This document shows, piece after piece, positions 1 through 9,938 of a DNA stretch of 64,000 nt (positions within the stretch are counted from its first letter, which is position 1; each line of letters opens with the position of its first letter). The notes beneath the pieces are model-generated. The model was given only the letters and a program-made list of their open reading frames with translations, was not told where the DNA came from and ran no database searches. The stretch is taken from contig DAINCX010000004.1 in NCBI GenBank assembly GCA_036732165.1, positions 4,017 through 68,016 on the forward strand, read 5' to 3'. Both the position numbers and the translations under genes were made by a program. The stretch comes from Candidatus Dormiibacterota bacterium (GTDB lineage: Bacteria > Chloroflexota > Dormibacteria > CF-121).

Positions 1-189
1 GATCGCAGCCAGCGAAACCACGGCTGCCTCCACCGCCACGCCTACAGGCTAGCCGGTGACCGGGACCCTAGTTCCAGAAGCCGTGCAGCAGGACGTGATC
101 GAGAAGCTGGGCGAGCCAGCGCCGGAAGCGGGTTGCCATGGCCATCTTCCGTATAACGTGGCGGCGGCCCGATGCCGTCAGGAGAGGCT

Positions 190-266
190 TGGTGGGCGCA
201 ACAGGAGTCGAACCTGTGACCTCTTCCTTGTCATGGAAGCGCTCGTACCAACTGAGCTATGCGCCC
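190..266 (-). tRNA. tRNA-Val (anticodon GAC)
   Basis: Reverse complement folds as a cloverleaf: acceptor GGGCGCA/TGCGCCC, D-arm GCTCAGTTGGTACGAGC, anticodon stem CTTCC/GGAAG with loop ATGACAA (U33, GAC, A37), T-arm GGTTCGACTCC, 3' CCA encoded. Confidence 0.85.
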
Positions 267-277
267 GATAAGCCACG

Positions 278-320
278 CGATTATACCCTCGCGGGAACGC
301 ATCGAACGGCCAGCTCAGAG
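278..320 (-). promoter_or_regulatory. candidate promoter for tRNA-Val (TATAAT -10 box about 14 nt upstream of tRNA 5' end)
   Basis: Minus strand reads GGGTATAATCGCGTGGCTTATC directly before the tRNA 5' end. The -35 element is weak. Confidence 0.35.
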
Positions 321-1667
321 TGGCGGAACGGGACTGGGGCGGCGGTTGGGTAAGGCCGAGATAGCGCCACTGATCAGCAGCAGGGCGCCCATGCCGAAGA
401 TCACCCGGGTCACGCCGAACAAGTCCGCGAGGCCACCGGCGACCAGGATCGGAATCGCCACCGCCGCATTGACAATGGTGAACATGGCGCCGAAGATGCG
501 CCCGCGCATCTCGGCCTCGGTCTTCTCCTGGAGGACGGTGAAGGCCGGGATGAAGAGCATGCCGAACTCGATCCCACCGATCAAGCCGAAGACGACCGGA
601 AACAGCCCGAGCAGGCCGGGGGCGAAGCGTTCCAGCAGATACGGAACGGCCGCGATCAGCATCAGGGTGACGCCGGCGGACAGCAAGGCCCCGATCAGGA
701 GTCGGCTGCGGCGGTAGTTGCGGCCGTACTGGCCGAGGTAAAAGGCCGCGCCGAGCATGCCGATCACGGCCGGGGCCAGGAACAGGTAGACGTCGGTGAC
801 CTGGAGGTGCAGCACCGTGCTCATGTAGCTGGGGGCCAGGACGAACACCGAAAAAATCACCGTGATCGTCAGGCTCAGCTGGCCGACCGCAAAGCGCACC
901 AGCGGCCTGGCCGCGATGTAGGCGAGGCCTTCCCGCAGCTCGTAGAGGATGTCCGGGGCCTTCGGGCCCTCCTGAGGCCGGGCGTGCAGGTCGGTCCGGA
1001 TGAAATAGATGAAGCCGGCGGCGAGCACGAAGAGCGCAGTGGCAATCCAGTACGGGGAGTCCGTACCGAGGAAGCGGATCGCCAGCGTTGACAGCGGGAC
1101 TGCGATGAGCAGCGTGACGATCACGGTGCTGGTGAACATCGACGTCGCGGTCATCAGTTCTTCCGAGCCGACGATGAAGGGGATCGAGGCAGCCTCCGCC
1201 GGCGCAAAGATCTGGCCCACTGCGGCAAAGAGAAATGTGATGACGAGGAGATGCCAGGTGACATGCTCGAAGTAGGGAACGAAACGACTCAGGGGGATGA
1301 GGAGGATCAGGATCCCGCGGATCGCGTTGGTGGAAAACATCAGCCGCTTCTTGTCATGGCGATCGGCGAAGACCCCGGCCAGGGGGCTGAGGAAGACCGA
1401 GGGAAACGTGTAAGCGAGGAAGAGCGCTGCCCCGTGGGTGTTGGCGCGACTGATGCTGTAGGTCAGCACCAGCAGGGCGAACATCAAGAACTTGTCGCCC
1501 AGCTGTGAGGCGATCTGGGCGAACCAGATCAAGCGAAAGTCGTGGTTGGCGAGGACGGTGCCGAACCCAGGCGGCCTGGGCAGAATGATCTCGCGGGGGT
1601 CTTTCAACGCGCCTGTATCGTATCGAGTCTCCAGTTCGTGCGCTCTGCTCCGAAGAGCGCTTTCCAC
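315..1667 (-). CDS. MFS transporter (12-TM major facilitator)
   Basis: 450-aa ORF with multiple hydrophobic helices and a typical MFS TM1 (FRLIWFAQIASQLGDKF). The start is uncertain: the annotated start overlaps the ksgA 3' end by 64 nt, and the true start may be a downstream GTG/TTG. Confidence 0.7.
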   Translation of the reverse strand: MESALRSRAHELETRYDTGALKDPREIILPRPPGFGTVLANHDFRLIWFAQIASQLGDKFLMFALLVLTYSISRANTHGAALFLAYTFPSVFLSPLAGVFADRHDKKRLMFSTNAIRGILILLIPLSRFVPYFEHVTWHLLVITFLFAAVGQIFAPAEAASIPFIVGSEELMTATSMFTSTVIVTLLIAVPLSTLAIRFLGTDSPYWIATALFVLAAGFIYFIRTDLHARPQEGPKAPDILYELREGLAYIAARPLVRFAVGQLSLTITVIFSVFVLAPSYMSTVLHLQVTDVYLFLAPAVIGMLGAAFYLGQYGRNYRRSRLLIGALLSAGVTLMLIAAVPYLLERFAPGLLGLFPVVFGLIGGIEFGMLFIPAFTVLQEKTEAEMRGRIFGAMFTIVNAAVAIPILVAGGLADLFGVTRVIFGMGALLLISGAISALPNRRPSPVPPL

Positions 1668-2431
1668 TCCTCGAGGCTCAGGGTCTCGGCACGCCGTTCA
1701 GGGTCGATCCCGATGACGCCCAGGCGCGCCCGTGCCTCCGCGTTCGGAAGCGCGAGGCCGCGCGCCATCACAAACGCCAGCTGTTTGCGGCGGGCCTGGA
1801 AGAACGGCGTCACGAATCGGAAAAACTCGGGCAGCTGATCCGGGGGCAGCGCCGGCTCGGCGTCGGGAACGATCCGCAGTAGGGCCGAGGCAACCTGCGG
1901 CGGCGGCAGGAAGGCCTCGCGCGGCAGCCTCATCAGCAGCTCGGGACGGCCATAGACGCGTACCCCCAGGGTGGCCAGACTCCAGCTACCCGGCGGCGCC
2001 GCCAGACGTTCGGCGACTTCGCGCTGCACCACAAGGTCGATGCGAGCGGCCGCGCGCGGTTGCTCGAGGAGATGGACCATCAGGGCCCCGGTGAGGTTGT
2101 AGGGGATATTGCCGATCACCCGGTAGGGGCCGTCGAAGCGATCGCCGATCGGCGTCCGAAGGACATCGCCTTCAACCGTCTGAACGTTCGCCAGGTCGCG
2201 CGTGGTCAGCTCGAGGGCACGAACGCAGGCCGGGTCGATTTCGACCCCGACAACCTGCGCCACCCGTTGGGCGAGCTCGCGGGTCAGCACGCCCAGTCCC
2301 GGTCCGACCTCGAGCACCCGATCGTCCGGGGCGAGATCCAGGGCGGCGACCAGCCGCTCGAGGGCCGTCCGATCGGCAAGGAAGTTCTGGCCCCACTTGC
2401 GCCGGAACTGGATCTGGAATCGGCGAGTCAC
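1604..2431 (-). CDS. rsmA: 16S rRNA (adenine1518/1519-N6)-dimethyltransferase KsgA/RsmA
   Basis: KWGQNFL motif, SAM-binding VLEVGPGLGVLT, NIPYNLT motif. The longest ORF extends to 2644 with an Arg/Pro-rich N-terminus that overlaps tatD. I place the start at the GTG (V72, about 2431) that gives MTRRFQIQFRRKWGQNFL. Confidence 0.85.
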   Translation of the reverse strand: MTRRFQIQFRRKWGQNFLADRTALERLVAALDLAPDDRVLEVGPGLGVLTRELAQRVAQVVGVEIDPACVRALELTTRDLANVQTVEGDVLRTPIGDRFDGPYRVIGNIPYNLTGALMVHLLEQPRAAARIDLVVQREVAERLAAPPGSWSLATLGVRVYGRPELLMRLPREAFLPPPQVASALLRIVPDAEPALPPDQLPEFFRFVTPFFQARRKQLAFVMARGLALPNAEARARLGVIGIDPERRAETLSLEEWKALFGAERTNWRLDTIQAR

Positions 2432-2474
2432 GCCTCGGATGACGGCCGGATCGGCCAGGTCGAGTGGCGCCTTC

Positions 2475-3335
2475 CTAGCTGGCGTGGCTGAGCCGGAACA
2501 GGTCGATGGCGTTCTGCCGCGTCGCCTCCGCGATGGTGCCGGCCGTGACACCGCGGAGCGCCGCAATCCGATCGATGGTCTCGGGCAGGTAGCGCGGGGC
2601 GTTCGGTTTACCGCGGCGGCTCTGCGGAGGCAGAAAGGGGGCATCGGTCTCCACCAGCATCCGGTCGAGGGGAATGATGCTGGCGGCCCCGATTACGCCG
2701 TGCGCGCCCGGGTAGGTCACGGTGGCCGCAAAGGAGAGGTAGAAGCCACGAGCCAGCCCCTCGGAGGCAATCGCGGCGTTCCCGGAAAAACAGTGAAAGA
2801 CGCCCCGCACGCCGGGAAACTCGTCGAGGATGGCGAGGAGATCACCGAACGCGTCGCGCGTATGCAGGACGACCGGCTTGTCCACCTCCTGCGCGAGACC
2901 CAGCATCTGGCGGAAGACCTGGTGCTGCGCCTTCTTATCCACCCGATGGGATTCCGTGACGTGGTAATCGAGGCCGATCTCCCCGACGGCGACCACCCGG
3001 GCATCGCTCGCCAGCTGGCGGAGCTCCCGTCGCTCGGCCGCACTGATGGGCTCAGCCGCCGAATGCGGATGGCGGCCAATGGTTGTGCGCAGCCCGGGGA
3101 TCCGCTCGGCGAGCTCCAGCCCTGGCCGGTTGTCCGAGCGATCATCGCCCACGTTGATCACCGCGTCGACGCCGGCCTGACGCGCCTCTTCGAGCGCCTG
3201 CTCGGGCGTCAGCGGCGCGGGCAGATGCAGGAGGTGCGCGTGCGAGTCGATCAGGCGATCGGCTCCGGCTTCTCGATGCGCGGGAACAGGATGCCGCCGA
3301 GGCTGGTCTGCGTGCGCGGCGCCAGCTTGCCCCAC
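2475..3335 (-). CDS. tatD: TatD-family metal-dependent hydrolase (DNase)
   Basis: LIDSHAHL motif near the N-terminus, TIM-barrel hydrolase pattern, 286 aa. The listed GTG start overlaps the metG 3' end; the real start may be a few codons before LIDSHAHL. Confidence 0.8.
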   Translation of the reverse strand: MGQAGAAHADQPRRHPVPAHREAGADRLIDSHAHLLHLPAPLTPEQALEEARQAGVDAVINVGDDRSDNRPGLELAERIPGLRTTIGRHPHSAAEPISAAERRELRQLASDARVVAVGEIGLDYHVTESHRVDKKAQHQVFRQMLGLAQEVDKPVVLHTRDAFGDLLAILDEFPGVRGVFHCFSGNAAIASEGLARGFYLSFAATVTYPGAHGVIGAASIIPLDRMLVETDAPFLPPQSRRGKPNAPRYLPETIDRIAALRGVTAGTIAEATRQNAIDLFRLSHAS

Positions 3336-4792
3336 TCGCGGGCGGCCGCCCAGGGCGTCCTCAAGTCGGCCTTGACCTGGCTGGCGATCTTGATCGCGGT
3401 CTCCGGGAGGAAGGGCGAGATCAGGTAGGCCGTCAGGCGAATCGCCTCGACCAGGTTGTACATGACCGTTTGCAGCCGCTTGCGCTGGTCCGACTGCTTC
3501 GCCAGCACCCAGGGCGCGGATTCCTCGATGTACTTATTGCCGCGGTTGATCGCCTCCCAGGTGAGCGCCAGGGAGCCGCTGAAATCGACCGCCTTCATGT
3601 GCTTGTCGAGGCCACGAGCCGCTCGCTCGAACGCCGTGCGCAACTGCCCGTCGAGTGGGGTCGCGTCGCCGTCGGGGGCGGGGACCTTGCCATCGAAGTA
3701 GCGCCCCAGCATATTCATGGTGCGGAAGATGAAGTTGCCCAGGTCGTTGGCGAGATCGGCGTTGTAGCGATCGACCATCGTCTCCCAGCTGATATCACCA
3801 TCTCGGTCAAACGGCAGCTCCCGCAGCAACAGGTAGCGGACCGAGTCGGCGCCAAACCGATCCGCCGCTTCCAGCGGATCGATGTAGTTGCCCGCGCTCT
3901 TGCTCATCTTCTGGCCACGCACGGTCAGGAACCCATGCGCGTACACGCGCTTGGGAATCGCCACCCCGGCGGACAGCAACATCGCGGGCCAGTAGAGACA
4001 GTGAAACCGGGTGATGTCTTTGCCGATCACGTGCAGGTCGGCGGGCCACCAGCGCTTGAACAGGCTCTCGTCCGTTCCGTAGCCGACGCCCGTGATGTAG
4101 TTCACGAGCGCGTCTCCCCAGACGTAGACGACGTGCTTGTCGTCCTCGGGGAACGGAATCCCCCACTTGATCGTCGAGCGCGAGATGCTGAAGTCCTGCA
4201 AGCCACTCCGCAGCCAGCCCAGCACTTCGTTGCGGCGGCTCTCGGGCTGGATGAAGTCCGGATGCTTGTCGAGATGTTGCTGCAGGCGGTCCTGGTAGGC
4301 AGAGAGCTTGAAAAAGTGGTTTTCTTCTTTGAGCCACTGGGCCTTGAGCTGAGGATGAATCAGGCAGTACCCATCCTTGAGATCAGCGTCCTGCTTGAAG
4401 GCTTCGCAGGAGACGCAGTACCACCCTTCGTACGAGCCCTTGTAGATGTCGCCGCGCGCCTGCAACTTCCCGATGAACGCCTGGACCCCCCGGACGTGGT
4501 CGGCATCCTCAGTTCGGATGAACCGGTCGTAGGCAATCCCGAAGCGGGCTTCGACCTGGCGGTAGAGCTCCGCCATCCGGGCCGTGAACTCGGCCGTCGA
4601 CACCCCCTCTTCCTCCGCCCGCCGCCGGACGTTCTGGGAGTGCTCGTCGGTCCCGGTGAGGAAGAAGGTGTCGTCGCCAATCAACCGGTGGTACCGTGCC
4701 AGCGCATCCGTCGCCGCCAGCTCGTAGATGAACCCGAGGTGGGGCGCGGCGTTGGGATAGACGATGGCCGTGGTGACGTAGAACTTACTCAT
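3251..4792 (-). CDS. metG: methionyl-tRNA synthetase
   Basis: MSKFYVTTAIVYPNAAPHLG (HIGH-type motif), KMSKS, class I anticodon-binding domain; 513 aa. Confidence 0.92.
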   Translation of the reverse strand: MSKFYVTTAIVYPNAAPHLGFIYELAATDALARYHRLIGDDTFFLTGTDEHSQNVRRRAEEEGVSTAEFTARMAELYRQVEARFGIAYDRFIRTEDADHVRGVQAFIGKLQARGDIYKGSYEGWYCVSCEAFKQDADLKDGYCLIHPQLKAQWLKEENHFFKLSAYQDRLQQHLDKHPDFIQPESRRNEVLGWLRSGLQDFSISRSTIKWGIPFPEDDKHVVYVWGDALVNYITGVGYGTDESLFKRWWPADLHVIGKDITRFHCLYWPAMLLSAGVAIPKRVYAHGFLTVRGQKMSKSAGNYIDPLEAADRFGADSVRYLLLRELPFDRDGDISWETMVDRYNADLANDLGNFIFRTMNMLGRYFDGKVPAPDGDATPLDGQLRTAFERAARGLDKHMKAVDFSGSLALTWEAINRGNKYIEESAPWVLAKQSDQRKRLQTVMYNLVEAIRLTAYLISPFLPETAIKIASQVKADLRTPWAAAREWGKLAPRTQTSLGGILFPRIEKPEPIA

Positions 4793-5471
4793 GTGGAGGT
4801 TTCCAATCGCTGCCGGCGACCACGACCGTCAGCTCGCCGCGGGGCGGGGCATTTTTGAAATGCTCCAGGAGCGTCGCCGGCGTCCCACGGAGGAATTCCT
4901 CGTGGATCTTGGTGATCTCCCGCGCCACCACGACTGAGCGGGGGCCGAGGGCGGACGCCATTATATCCAACGTCTGGCAGATCCGATGCGGCGACTCGAA
5001 GAAGACAAAGGTCCGTTTCGCCTGTCCAGCCTCCTCCAGGACCCGCCCCAGCTCGCCCCGTTTCCGCGGCATGAATCCGAAAAAGGTGAACTGGTTGGTG
5101 GGCAGCCCGGAACTCACCAGGGCCGCCAGCACCGCCGATGGCCCCGGGATCGGGACCACGGGATAGCCCGCGCGCACGGCGGCACTCACCACCCGGACGC
5201 CCGGGTCCGAGAGCGCCGGGGTGCCGGCATCGGAGACGAGCGCGACATCGTGCTCGCTGAGCCGCTTGAGGATGGTCTCCAGTTGGCGCTGCTCGTTCTT
5301 CGCGTGGAGGCTGATCAACGGGCGGCGGAGGCCGAAGTGGTTGAGCAGCTTGAGCGTGTGCCGCGTGTCTTCGGCGGCAATCAGGGGCGCCGCTTCGAGC
5401 ACGTGGAGCGCCCGCAGGGTGATGTCATCCAGGTTGCCGATCGGCGTGGAGACGACGTAGAGCGTCGGCAC
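4785..5471 (-). CDS. rsmI: 16S rRNA (cytidine1402-2'-O)-methyltransferase RsmI
   Basis: N-terminus MPTLYVVSTPIGNLDDITLRALHVL..AEDTRHT is the tetrapyrrole-methylase-fold RsmI signature. Start overlaps metG by 8 nt. Confidence 0.85.
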   Translation of the reverse strand: MPTLYVVSTPIGNLDDITLRALHVLEAAPLIAAEDTRHTLKLLNHFGLRRPLISLHAKNEQRQLETILKRLSEHDVALVSDAGTPALSDPGVRVVSAAVRAGYPVVPIPGPSAVLAALVSSGLPTNQFTFFGFMPRKRGELGRVLEEAGQAKRTFVFFESPHRICQTLDIMASALGPRSVVVAREITKIHEEFLRGTPATLLEHFKNAPPRGELTVVVAGSDWKPPHE

Positions 5472-5500
5472 TCACGCCACGACAGGCGTGGGCACGGCGG

Positions 5501-6376
5501 TCAATGGCCCCAGTCCCGGGGATACCGGAACTCCCGATCAATGGTTCGCGAAGAGAGCTTGGCAATCACCGGCAGCCGCCGCTTGTACTGATTGTCTCGG
5601 ACGCGGCGGACGATGTCATCGATGAAAGCGGGGTCGAACCCCTCGGCCTCCAGCTCGGCAACCGAGTAGCGGCGTTCGACAAGGTAGTAGAGCAGCTGGT
5701 CGATCAGCCGGTAGCCGAAGCCGAGCTCGGTTTCGTCCGATTGCCCGGCCCACAGGTCGGCCGACGGCACCTTCTGCACGATGGCGGTGGGCACGCCGAC
5801 GCTGTCGGCCAGCTGCCAGACCTGGGTCTTGTATAGATCGCCGATCGGGTTCAACGCGCTGGCCATGTCGCCATAGATAGTGCCGTATCCAAGGAGCAGC
5901 TCGGTCTTGTTGCTCGTCCCGATGACGAGCGCCTGCCAGGCCCAGGAGTGGTCGTAGAGGATCGTCATCCGCTCGCGAGCCATCTTGTTCCCGCGCCGCT
6001 TCTGGTCCGCCTGCGGGAATCGCGTGTAGTAGGCGTCGACCTGGGGGCTGATGTCGACCTCGAGCCACTCGATGCCCAGCTGGTCGATCAGGCGCATGGC
6101 ATCGCTCCGACTCTTGGGGTCGCTACTCCGGTAGGGCATGATGAGCGCCTTCACGTTGCCGGGTCCGAGGGCCTCGGCCGCCAGGGTGGCCACCAGGCTG
6201 GAATCCACGCCCCCGCTCAACCCGAGGACGACCCGTTCGAACCCGACTTTGCGCACCTCGTTTTGGATGAAGCCGAGCAGGATGCGCCGTACCAGACCGC
6301 CATTGATCGCCAGGGGCGGAAAGACTGCCTCAGTAGGGCTTGCGGGTGCGCTCATGCCAGACCTGCCGCAGCTCAT
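5501..6376 (-). CDS. nadE: NAD+ synthetase, synthetase subunit/domain (NadE, PP-loop ATPase)
   Basis: [14 protein letters not shown]-loop, 291 aa. Overlaps the upstream CN-hydrolase gene by about 47 nt. Confidence 0.85.
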   Translation of the reverse strand: MSCGRSGMSAPASPTEAVFPPLAINGGLVRRILLGFIQNEVRKVGFERVVLGLSGGVDSSLVATLAAEALGPGNVKALIMPYRSSDPKSRSDAMRLIDQLGIEWLEVDISPQVDAYYTRFPQADQKRRGNKMARERMTILYDHSWAWQALVIGTSNKTELLLGYGTIYGDMASALNPIGDLYKTQVWQLADSVGVPTAIVQKVPSADLWAGQSDETELGFGYRLIDQLLYYLVERRYSVAELEAEGFDPAFIDDIVRRVRDNQYKRRLPVIAKLSSRTIDREFRYPRDWGH

Positions 6377-7202
6377 TGATGGTCAGCTCCACGTGCTCGT
6401 CCCGCAACAGCGGATTGGCGAGGCGTTCCCGGCGCACGTCCGCAAGGTCGAGCCGGGCAATGACCAGCGCTTCATCGGCGTCCTCGTGCTGCGCGACGAT
6501 GTCGCCGTTGGGCCCGATCACCATCGAGCCACCCCAGTAGTTGGCGCCGTCTTCGTACCCCACGCGGTTGCAATAGAGGAAGAAGGTCGTCAGGAACTGG
6601 GCGTAGGTCCGGCAGAGCAATCCGTAGGACTCGGCCGTGCCAAGGCGTTCATCGGTGGTGATCCCGCGGCCCGGGCTGGCCGATGCGCAGATGATCATGT
6701 CGACGCCCTGGAGGCCCAGGATGTAGGCACTGGACAGGTGCCAGATGTCCTCACACACGAGCATCCCGACGCGCCCGTAGGCCGTCTTGAAGCTCCGGAA
6801 GCGGTCCCCGGAGGCGAGGTAGCGCTGCTCGTCGAACATCCCGTAGGTGGGGAGATACACCTTGCGGTGCAGGTGCACGAGCTCACCGCCGCTGAGGTAG
6901 AGGCTGGCATTGAAATACCGGTGATCCGGCTCTTCGATGACCGCCCCGAGGACGATGTCGGTCCGCGCGGAGAGGGCGCGCAGCTCGTTCATGACGGGCC
7001 CATCGAGCGAGATCGCGATTTCCGGAACGAGATCCTTGAGGAAATAGCCGGTCAGGCTGAGCTCGGGAAAGATCACCAGGTGGACGCCGGCCTCAACCGC
7101 GCGTTCCACCCATTCCCGGTGGTGGATAAGATTCCGGTCGCGGTCCCCCAGGGTGGAGTCAGTCTGCGCCAGGCCCACCGTCAGTCGCGTTGACGAGGTC
7201 AT
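6330..7202 (-). CDS. carbon-nitrogen hydrolase (nitrilase superfamily), likely glutaminase partner of NadE
   Basis: VGLAQ...[13 protein letters not shown] (catalytic Glu), LVCEDIWH (Cys) motifs. The longest ORF starts at 7232; the likely start is M11 ([13 protein letters not shown]) at about 7202, abutting the dinG stop. Confidence 0.75.
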   Translation of the reverse strand: MTSSTRLTVGLAQTDSTLGDRDRNLIHHREWVERAVEAGVHLVIFPELSLTGYFLKDLVPEIAISLDGPVMNELRALSARTDIVLGAVIEEPDHRYFNASLYLSGGELVHLHRKVYLPTYGMFDEQRYLASGDRFRSFKTAYGRVGMLVCEDIWHLSSAYILGLQGVDMIICASASPGRGITTDERLGTAESYGLLCRTYAQFLTTFFLYCNRVGYEDGANYWGGSMVIGPNGDIVAQHEDADEALVIARLDLADVRRERLANPLLRDEHVELTINELRQVWHERTRKPY

Positions 7203-9925
7203 ACGGCGGCCCGCCGGGGGAGCCGCAGCCATTGCGCGATGGCGGGCGCCAGCTCCTCCGCACTGCCAAGGTGCACCTCGGCCCGCGGCAGGGCATCCAA
7301 AAAGACACGGCCGTAGGTCCGATTGGCAACCCGGTGATCGAGGAGAACGACCGCCCCCCGATCGCTCCGCCGCCTGATCAGCCGGCCGAAGCCTTGCTTG
7401 AGTCGAAGGACCGCTTCCGGCAGGGCCAGCTGCGCGAAGGGATCGGCCAGGGTCGCACTCCGGGCGAGCTGGAGCGGATCCGTCGGCACTTTGAAGGGCA
7501 AGCGGACGATGACCACGCAGGAGAGCGCGTCGCCCGGCACATCGATCCCCTCCCAGAAGCTGCTGGTCCCGAGCAAGATGGTCCTCGCGGTCTGCTGGAA
7601 CTCGGTGAGCAACTGGCGCCGGGTCCCGTCGATGTTCTGGGCGAGGACCCGCAGGTCGCTTCGGGCGACCCGGGTGCGGAGGCGCTCGGCGACGTCGCGC
7701 AGCTGCTGGTGGGCCGTAAAGAGGACCAGGGTGCGGCCCTGGATGGTCTCCGCGATATTGGCGACGATCGCGGTGACCTGGTCAACAAACGCCGGATCGT
7801 TCAGCTCGCGAAGATCCGTCGGCAGACAGAGCAGGGCCTGCGAGAGGTAATCGAAGGGGGACGCCAGCACCATCTCGTGGGTGCTCGACATCTCCAGCCC
7901 CACGCCTCGCTTGAAGTAATCGAACGATTCGGCGACGGCCAGGCTGGCCGAGGTGAAGATGACGGTTTCTTTGCCTGCGAAGGCCCGGGCCTGCAGCAGC
8001 TGGCCGGCCGCGGTGGGCGCCGCCTGCACCAGGGCGCGGCCCGAGCGGCGTTCGATCCCCACCCAGTACAGCCGATCCTGGCTGGGCCGCTGAAAGGCCT
8101 GCTCGAGAACCGCCACCCGGCCCTTCAACTGCGCGGTGAAGAGGTCGAACTCCCGCTCCGCATGGGAATCCGCCTCGAGTGGTAATTGGGCTGCCGCCGC
8201 CTCCAGCTCACGACCGAGGCTGGCCGCGCGCTGGGTCAACTCGCTCGAGCGCTGCGCGAGGGCGATCACGCCTGGGAGGGCTCGACCCGCGGCATCGAGG
8301 ATCACCGGCTCGTCGCGACCCGGGCGAAGCGGCACCGCCGGCTGCGACGCCTTGACCGCCTCACGGGCCTCGAGGAAGAACCGTGTCGTCGCCTGCCGAA
8401 GGGCGGCCCCCTCGGCCCGAAGGCGCTCGCTCGGCTGTCCACAGGCGGCCCGAAACCAGGTCAGGGTTCCGTCGATGCTCTCGAGCATCTCCTCCTCGCC
8501 CACCCGCAGCGTTAGGGCGTCGACCGCTGCTTCCTCGAGCTGGTGGGCCTCGTCCACGATGACGTGTTCGTGGGCGGGCAGCACCGAACCACCGGCCAGG
8601 GCGTCGGCCAGCAAGAGCGCATGGTTGGTCACGATCACGTCGGCGTCGTGCGCGGCCCGGCGGCTATTCCAGTAGAAGCATCGCTTGCTCTTGTAGTTGT
8701 CACAATGCCCGGCCAGGCAATCGTCGGCGCTGGAGGCCGCCCGCAGCCAGAAGACCTCGTCCAGTCCGTTGAGCTTGATCTCGGAGCGGTCCCCGTGTGC
8801 GGTCTGGGCCAGCCAGACCAGCATCCGGAGCTTGAAACGGATCTCTTCCGCGAACCAGCTCCCGTCGGCACGCCGGCTGGGGGCGTTCAGGTATCGGTTC
8901 CAGCGACGAAGGCTGACGTAGTTCGATCGGCCCTTGAGCAGGGAGGCACGAAAATCGAATGGCAGCCAGCTGCGCAGGAATGGAATGTCCTTGGCGAACA
9001 GCTGCTCCTGCAGGGTAATCGTGTTGGTGGCCACCACCACGCGCTGCCCTGTGGCGACCGCGTGGTGAACGGCCGGCACCAGGTACGCGAGCGACTTCCC
9101 GGTACCAGGACCGGCCTCGACCAGCAGGCGACCGCCGCGCGCGAAGAGCTGCGCCACCGCCAGGGTCATCTGCAGCTGGGATTCCCGCAGCTCGTAGTCA
9201 TCGAGCCGTTCCGCCATGGGGCCGTCCGGTCCGAGCAGCGCGCGAATTTGGTGGGGATCGGTGGATGGCGTGCCGTCGCGGTGTTGCGCGCTGGCGGCCG
9301 ATCCAGCACGGACCAGCGTTGCCCGGCCGCTCGGTCCGGCGGCGACCGCGGCCTCAAAGAAGTCTTTGACCGGGTCCTCCCAGTCCCCGATGGCCTCGCG
9401 CAGGCGCTCCAGCACGTCGGCCGGAAAGCCGCGAACGTGCTCCAGGAGGTAGGTGAAGAGCTGGCGCGCCGCGTCGGCATCGGAGAGGGCGCGGTGTGGT
9501 TGCTTGTGGATAAGACCGAGGTTTCGCGACAGGTGGGGCAGGCTGTGGCTTGGTGCCATAGGAAGCACGATCCGCGACAGGTCGAGCGTGTCGAAGAGCT
9601 CATACCGCGACACCCCGGCGTCGCCATTGCCCAGGTAGGAGAGGTCGAAGGTTCCACTGTGCGCCACCACCGGGCTGTCCGAGACGAAGTCGATCAGCTC
9701 CGCCAGCACCTGCTCGGGCTGGGGCGCGGCGACGACGTCGGCATCCCGAATGCCCGTCAGCTCCTGCACGGCCTGGGGGATCGCGACCTCCGGTCGCACC
9801 AGCGACTGGAAGGTGGCCAGCACCTCGTTCCCGCGGAAGCGGACCGCCCCCACCTCGATGATGCGATCGAGTCGCGGGCTCAAGCCCGTCGTCTCGAGAT
9901 CGAGGGCGACCAGCGTCCGTTGCAC
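7199..9925 (-). CDS. dinG: DinG-family ATP-dependent DNA helicase with N-terminal DnaQ-like 3'-5' exonuclease domain
   Basis: N-terminus LVALDLETTGL (Exo I motif), ..HSGTFDLSYL; helicase P-loop EAGPGTGKSLAYL and DEAH box (VIVDEAHQL); 908 aa. Confidence 0.85.
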   Translation of the reverse strand: MQRTLVALDLETTGLSPRLDRIIEVGAVRFRGNEVLATFQSLVRPEVAIPQAVQELTGIRDADVVAAPQPEQVLAELIDFVSDSPVVAHSGTFDLSYLGNGDAGVSRYELFDTLDLSRIVLPMAPSHSLPHLSRNLGLIHKQPHRALSDADAARQLFTYLLEHVRGFPADVLERLREAIGDWEDPVKDFFEAAVAAGPSGRATLVRAGSAASAQHRDGTPSTDPHQIRALLGPDGPMAERLDDYELRESQLQMTLAVAQLFARGGRLLVEAGPGTGKSLAYLVPAVHHAVATGQRVVVATNTITLQEQLFAKDIPFLRSWLPFDFRASLLKGRSNYVSLRRWNRYLNAPSRRADGSWFAEEIRFKLRMLVWLAQTAHGDRSEIKLNGLDEVFWLRAASSADDCLAGHCDNYKSKRCFYWNSRRAAHDADVIVTNHALLLADALAGGSVLPAHEHVIVDEAHQLEEAAVDALTLRVGEEEMLESIDGTLTWFRAACGQPSERLRAEGAALRQATTRFFLEAREAVKASQPAVPLRPGRDEPVILDAAGRALPGVIALAQRSSELTQRAASLGRELEAAAAQLPLEADSHAEREFDLFTAQLKGRVAVLEQAFQRPSQDRLYWVGIERRSGRALVQAAPTAAGQLLQARAFAGKETVIFTSASLAVAESFDYFKRGVGLEMSSTHEMVLASPFDYLSQALLCLPTDLRELNDPAFVDQVTAIVANIAETIQGRTLVLFTAHQQLRDVAERLRTRVARSDLRVLAQNIDGTRRQLLTEFQQTARTILLGTSSFWEGIDVPGDALSCVVIVRLPFKVPTDPLQLARSATLADPFAQLALPEAVLRLKQGFGRLIRRRSDRGAVVLLDHRVANRTYGRVFLDALPRAEVHLGSAEELAPAIAQWLRLPRRAAV

Positions 9926-9938
9926 TGGCTCTACGGTA

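Noticed and set aside
1-314. Mobile element or integration scar next to tRNA-Val at the window start
   Set aside because: No integrase, transposase, direct repeat of the tRNA 3' end, or GC-content shift is visible. Flanking genes are housekeeping.
259-717. Numerous Arg/Pro/Ser/Gly-rich ORFs on the strand opposite to, or out of frame with, real genes (for example 259..717 +, 2202..3428 +, 3470..4858 +, 8543..10024 +, 21498..22373 +, 31453..32454 +, 35874..38495 +)
   Set aside because: High GC suppresses stop codons in non-coding frames. These ORFs have low-complexity composition and no recognisable motifs, and they are fully shadowed by strongly supported genes on the other strand.
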